The notes beneath the pieces were generated by a model, which searched no databases, was not told where the DNA came from, and saw only the letters and a list, made by a program, of their open reading frames with translations. Source: Acidimicrobiales bacterium (GTDB lineage Bacteria; Actinomycetota; Acidimicrobiia; Acidimicrobiales; RAAP-2). From it: 64,000 nucleotides of DNA. This document shows, one piece after another, positions 63,132 to 64,000 of the stretch (within the stretch, counting starts at the first letter, position 1; the number at the start of each line of letters is the position of its first letter). The stretch lies in NCBI GenBank assembly GCA_035569695.1, contig DATMMO010000182.1:3284-67283 (forward strand), written 5' to 3'. A program made the position numbers and the translations under genes.

Positions 63132-64000
63132 ATGGACGCAACCAGCATCTACTCCTGTGACGATCACCTCGATCTGCGAGCCGTGCCGCCCGAGGTATGG
63201 CAGTCCCGGTTGCCCAGGGAGCTCGCCGGGCGGGGGCCACGGGTGATGGACCGGGACGGCCAGCCAACCTGGGTATGCAACGACCGCGTCCTTGGCCGCA
63301 GCGGGCACGGGGCGGGCGTCGACGCAGTCAAGAGCGTCAGTGCCATCGGACGTGCCGGCATCGAAGATGACGGGTTCCGGGCCAGCAACCCCAAGCTTCG
63401 GTTGGAGGACATGGACCGCGACGGCCTGTGGGCTTCGGTCATCTATGGACCGGTGCCGCTGACCCTCTCCATCCCCGAGCCCGATCTCCAGACGGCCTGC
63501 TACGCCGCCTGGAACGACTGGGCCATCGAGGAGTTCAACGCCGCCGCTCCCGACCGACTGTGCATCCTCCCCTTCCTGCCCAGCCACTCCCCCGAGGCCG
63601 CGGTGGCCGAGCTCGAGCGCTGCGCGGCGAACGGTCATCGTGGGGCCATCATCGACGTGTTCGATTTCGATGCCGGCGATCCGGCCTGGGATCGGCTGTG
63701 GGCGGCGGCGGACGAGACCGGGTTGCCGCTGAGCTTCCACATCAAGGGTGGGGCCTCCCCCCGGCTCAGCTACCAGATCGGCAAGTGGCAATCGGCGGCG
63801 TTCGCATCGCTCCTGCCTCTGCAGCTCGACGAAGCGCTGTCCATCATGATCTTCTCGGGAGCCCTCGAGCGCCACCCCGGCTTCCGGCTGGTGCTGGCCG
63901 AATCGGGCGTGGGCTGGCTCCCCTACTACCTGACCAGGATGGACGGCGAATGGGAGAACCTGCGAGGCGCCATCGACTACGCACCCAGCATCTCGCCCAC
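63132..64000 (+). CDS. Amidohydrolase-2 (ACMSD/metal-dependent hydrolase) family protein, 3'-truncated by the window end
   Basis: My translation: MDATSIYSCDDHLDL...GLWASVIYGP...DWAIEEF...LPFLP...LSFHIKGG...LVLAESGVGWLPYYL. The frame is open to position 64000. This ORF is not in the supplied track because it has no stop. Confidence 0.7.
   Translation, partial: MDATSIYSCDDHLDLRAVPPEVWQSRLPRELAGRGPRVMDRDGQPTWVCNDRVLGRSGHGAGVDAVKSVSAIGRAGIEDDGFRASNPKLRLEDMDRDGLWASVIYGPVPLTLSIPEPDLQTACYAAWNDWAIEEFNAAAPDRLCILPFLPSHSPEAAVAELERCAANGHRGAIIDVFDFDAGDPAWDRLWAAADETGLPLSFHIKGGASPRLSYQIGKWQSAAFASLLPLQLDEALSIMIFSGALERHPGFRLVLAESGVGWLPYYLTRMDGEWENLRGAIDYAPSISP

Overview
High-G+C, very gene-dense bacterial chromosome segment. 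By eye most coding lines are in the mid to upper 60s % G+C. It is most consistent with an Actinomycetota genome (inference). The supporting features are gltX followed by tRNA-Gln and tRNA-Glu, an LAL-type LuxR regulator, many F420/LLM/PPOX-type and mycofactocin-type redox enzymes, multiple P450s, and frequent ATGA/GTGA start-stop overlaps. Layout: (i) 1-5.2 kb holds the 3' end of a diadenylate-cyclase-domain gene, an MTA-nucleosidase-like gene, and SDR/GNAT/APH-like genes. (ii) 5.2-12.3 kb holds an LpqH-like secreted protein, an 880-aa LAL regulator bracketed by two paralogous unknown genes, and membrane DUF proteins. (iii) 12.3-21.8 kb is an accessory, decaying stretch. It contains an esterase pseudogene cut by an IS21 IstB fragment, a lower-GC orphan secreted-protein gene, cydAB with a frameshifted cydA and no cydDC, a YdeP-type molybdoenzyme, and a lower-GC gene for a large two-module repeat protein next to the tRNAs. 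(iv) 21.8-30 kb holds tRNA-Glu, tRNA-Gln, ydcF-like, gltX, ferredoxin, kinase/phosphatase genes and a Tat-secreted phosphoesterase. (v) 30-39.3 kb holds three tandem PPOX-type genes, SDR, TetR, LLM, VOC, an orphan solute-binding protein and two esterases. (vi) 39.4-64 kb is a large oxidative/beta-oxidation catabolic cluster. It contains three P450s, a ferredoxin, a BVMO, a hydantoinase A/B pair, an acyl-CoA dehydrogenase pair, two enoyl-CoA hydratases, an epoxide hydrolase, two NTF2-fold proteins, alcohol dehydrogenases, LLM, TetR and an amidohydrolase. I found no rRNA, CRISPR array, intact mobile element, prophage or recognisable known defence system. The best candidates for something undescribed are listed here. 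First, a perfectly repeated NarL-type heptamer palindrome marks both paralogous genes that flank the LAL regulator. Second, three AT-rich promoter islets share a -10 box followed by G-ATG-TCA-RAA, giving possible near-leaderless micro-ORFs or an operator. Third, a P450 appears co-transcribed with a hydantoinase/carboxylase-type pair inside the catabolic cluster. Fourth, the tRNA-adjacent lower-GC repeat-protein islet. All family assignments come from reading motifs in the supplied translations, not from database searches.
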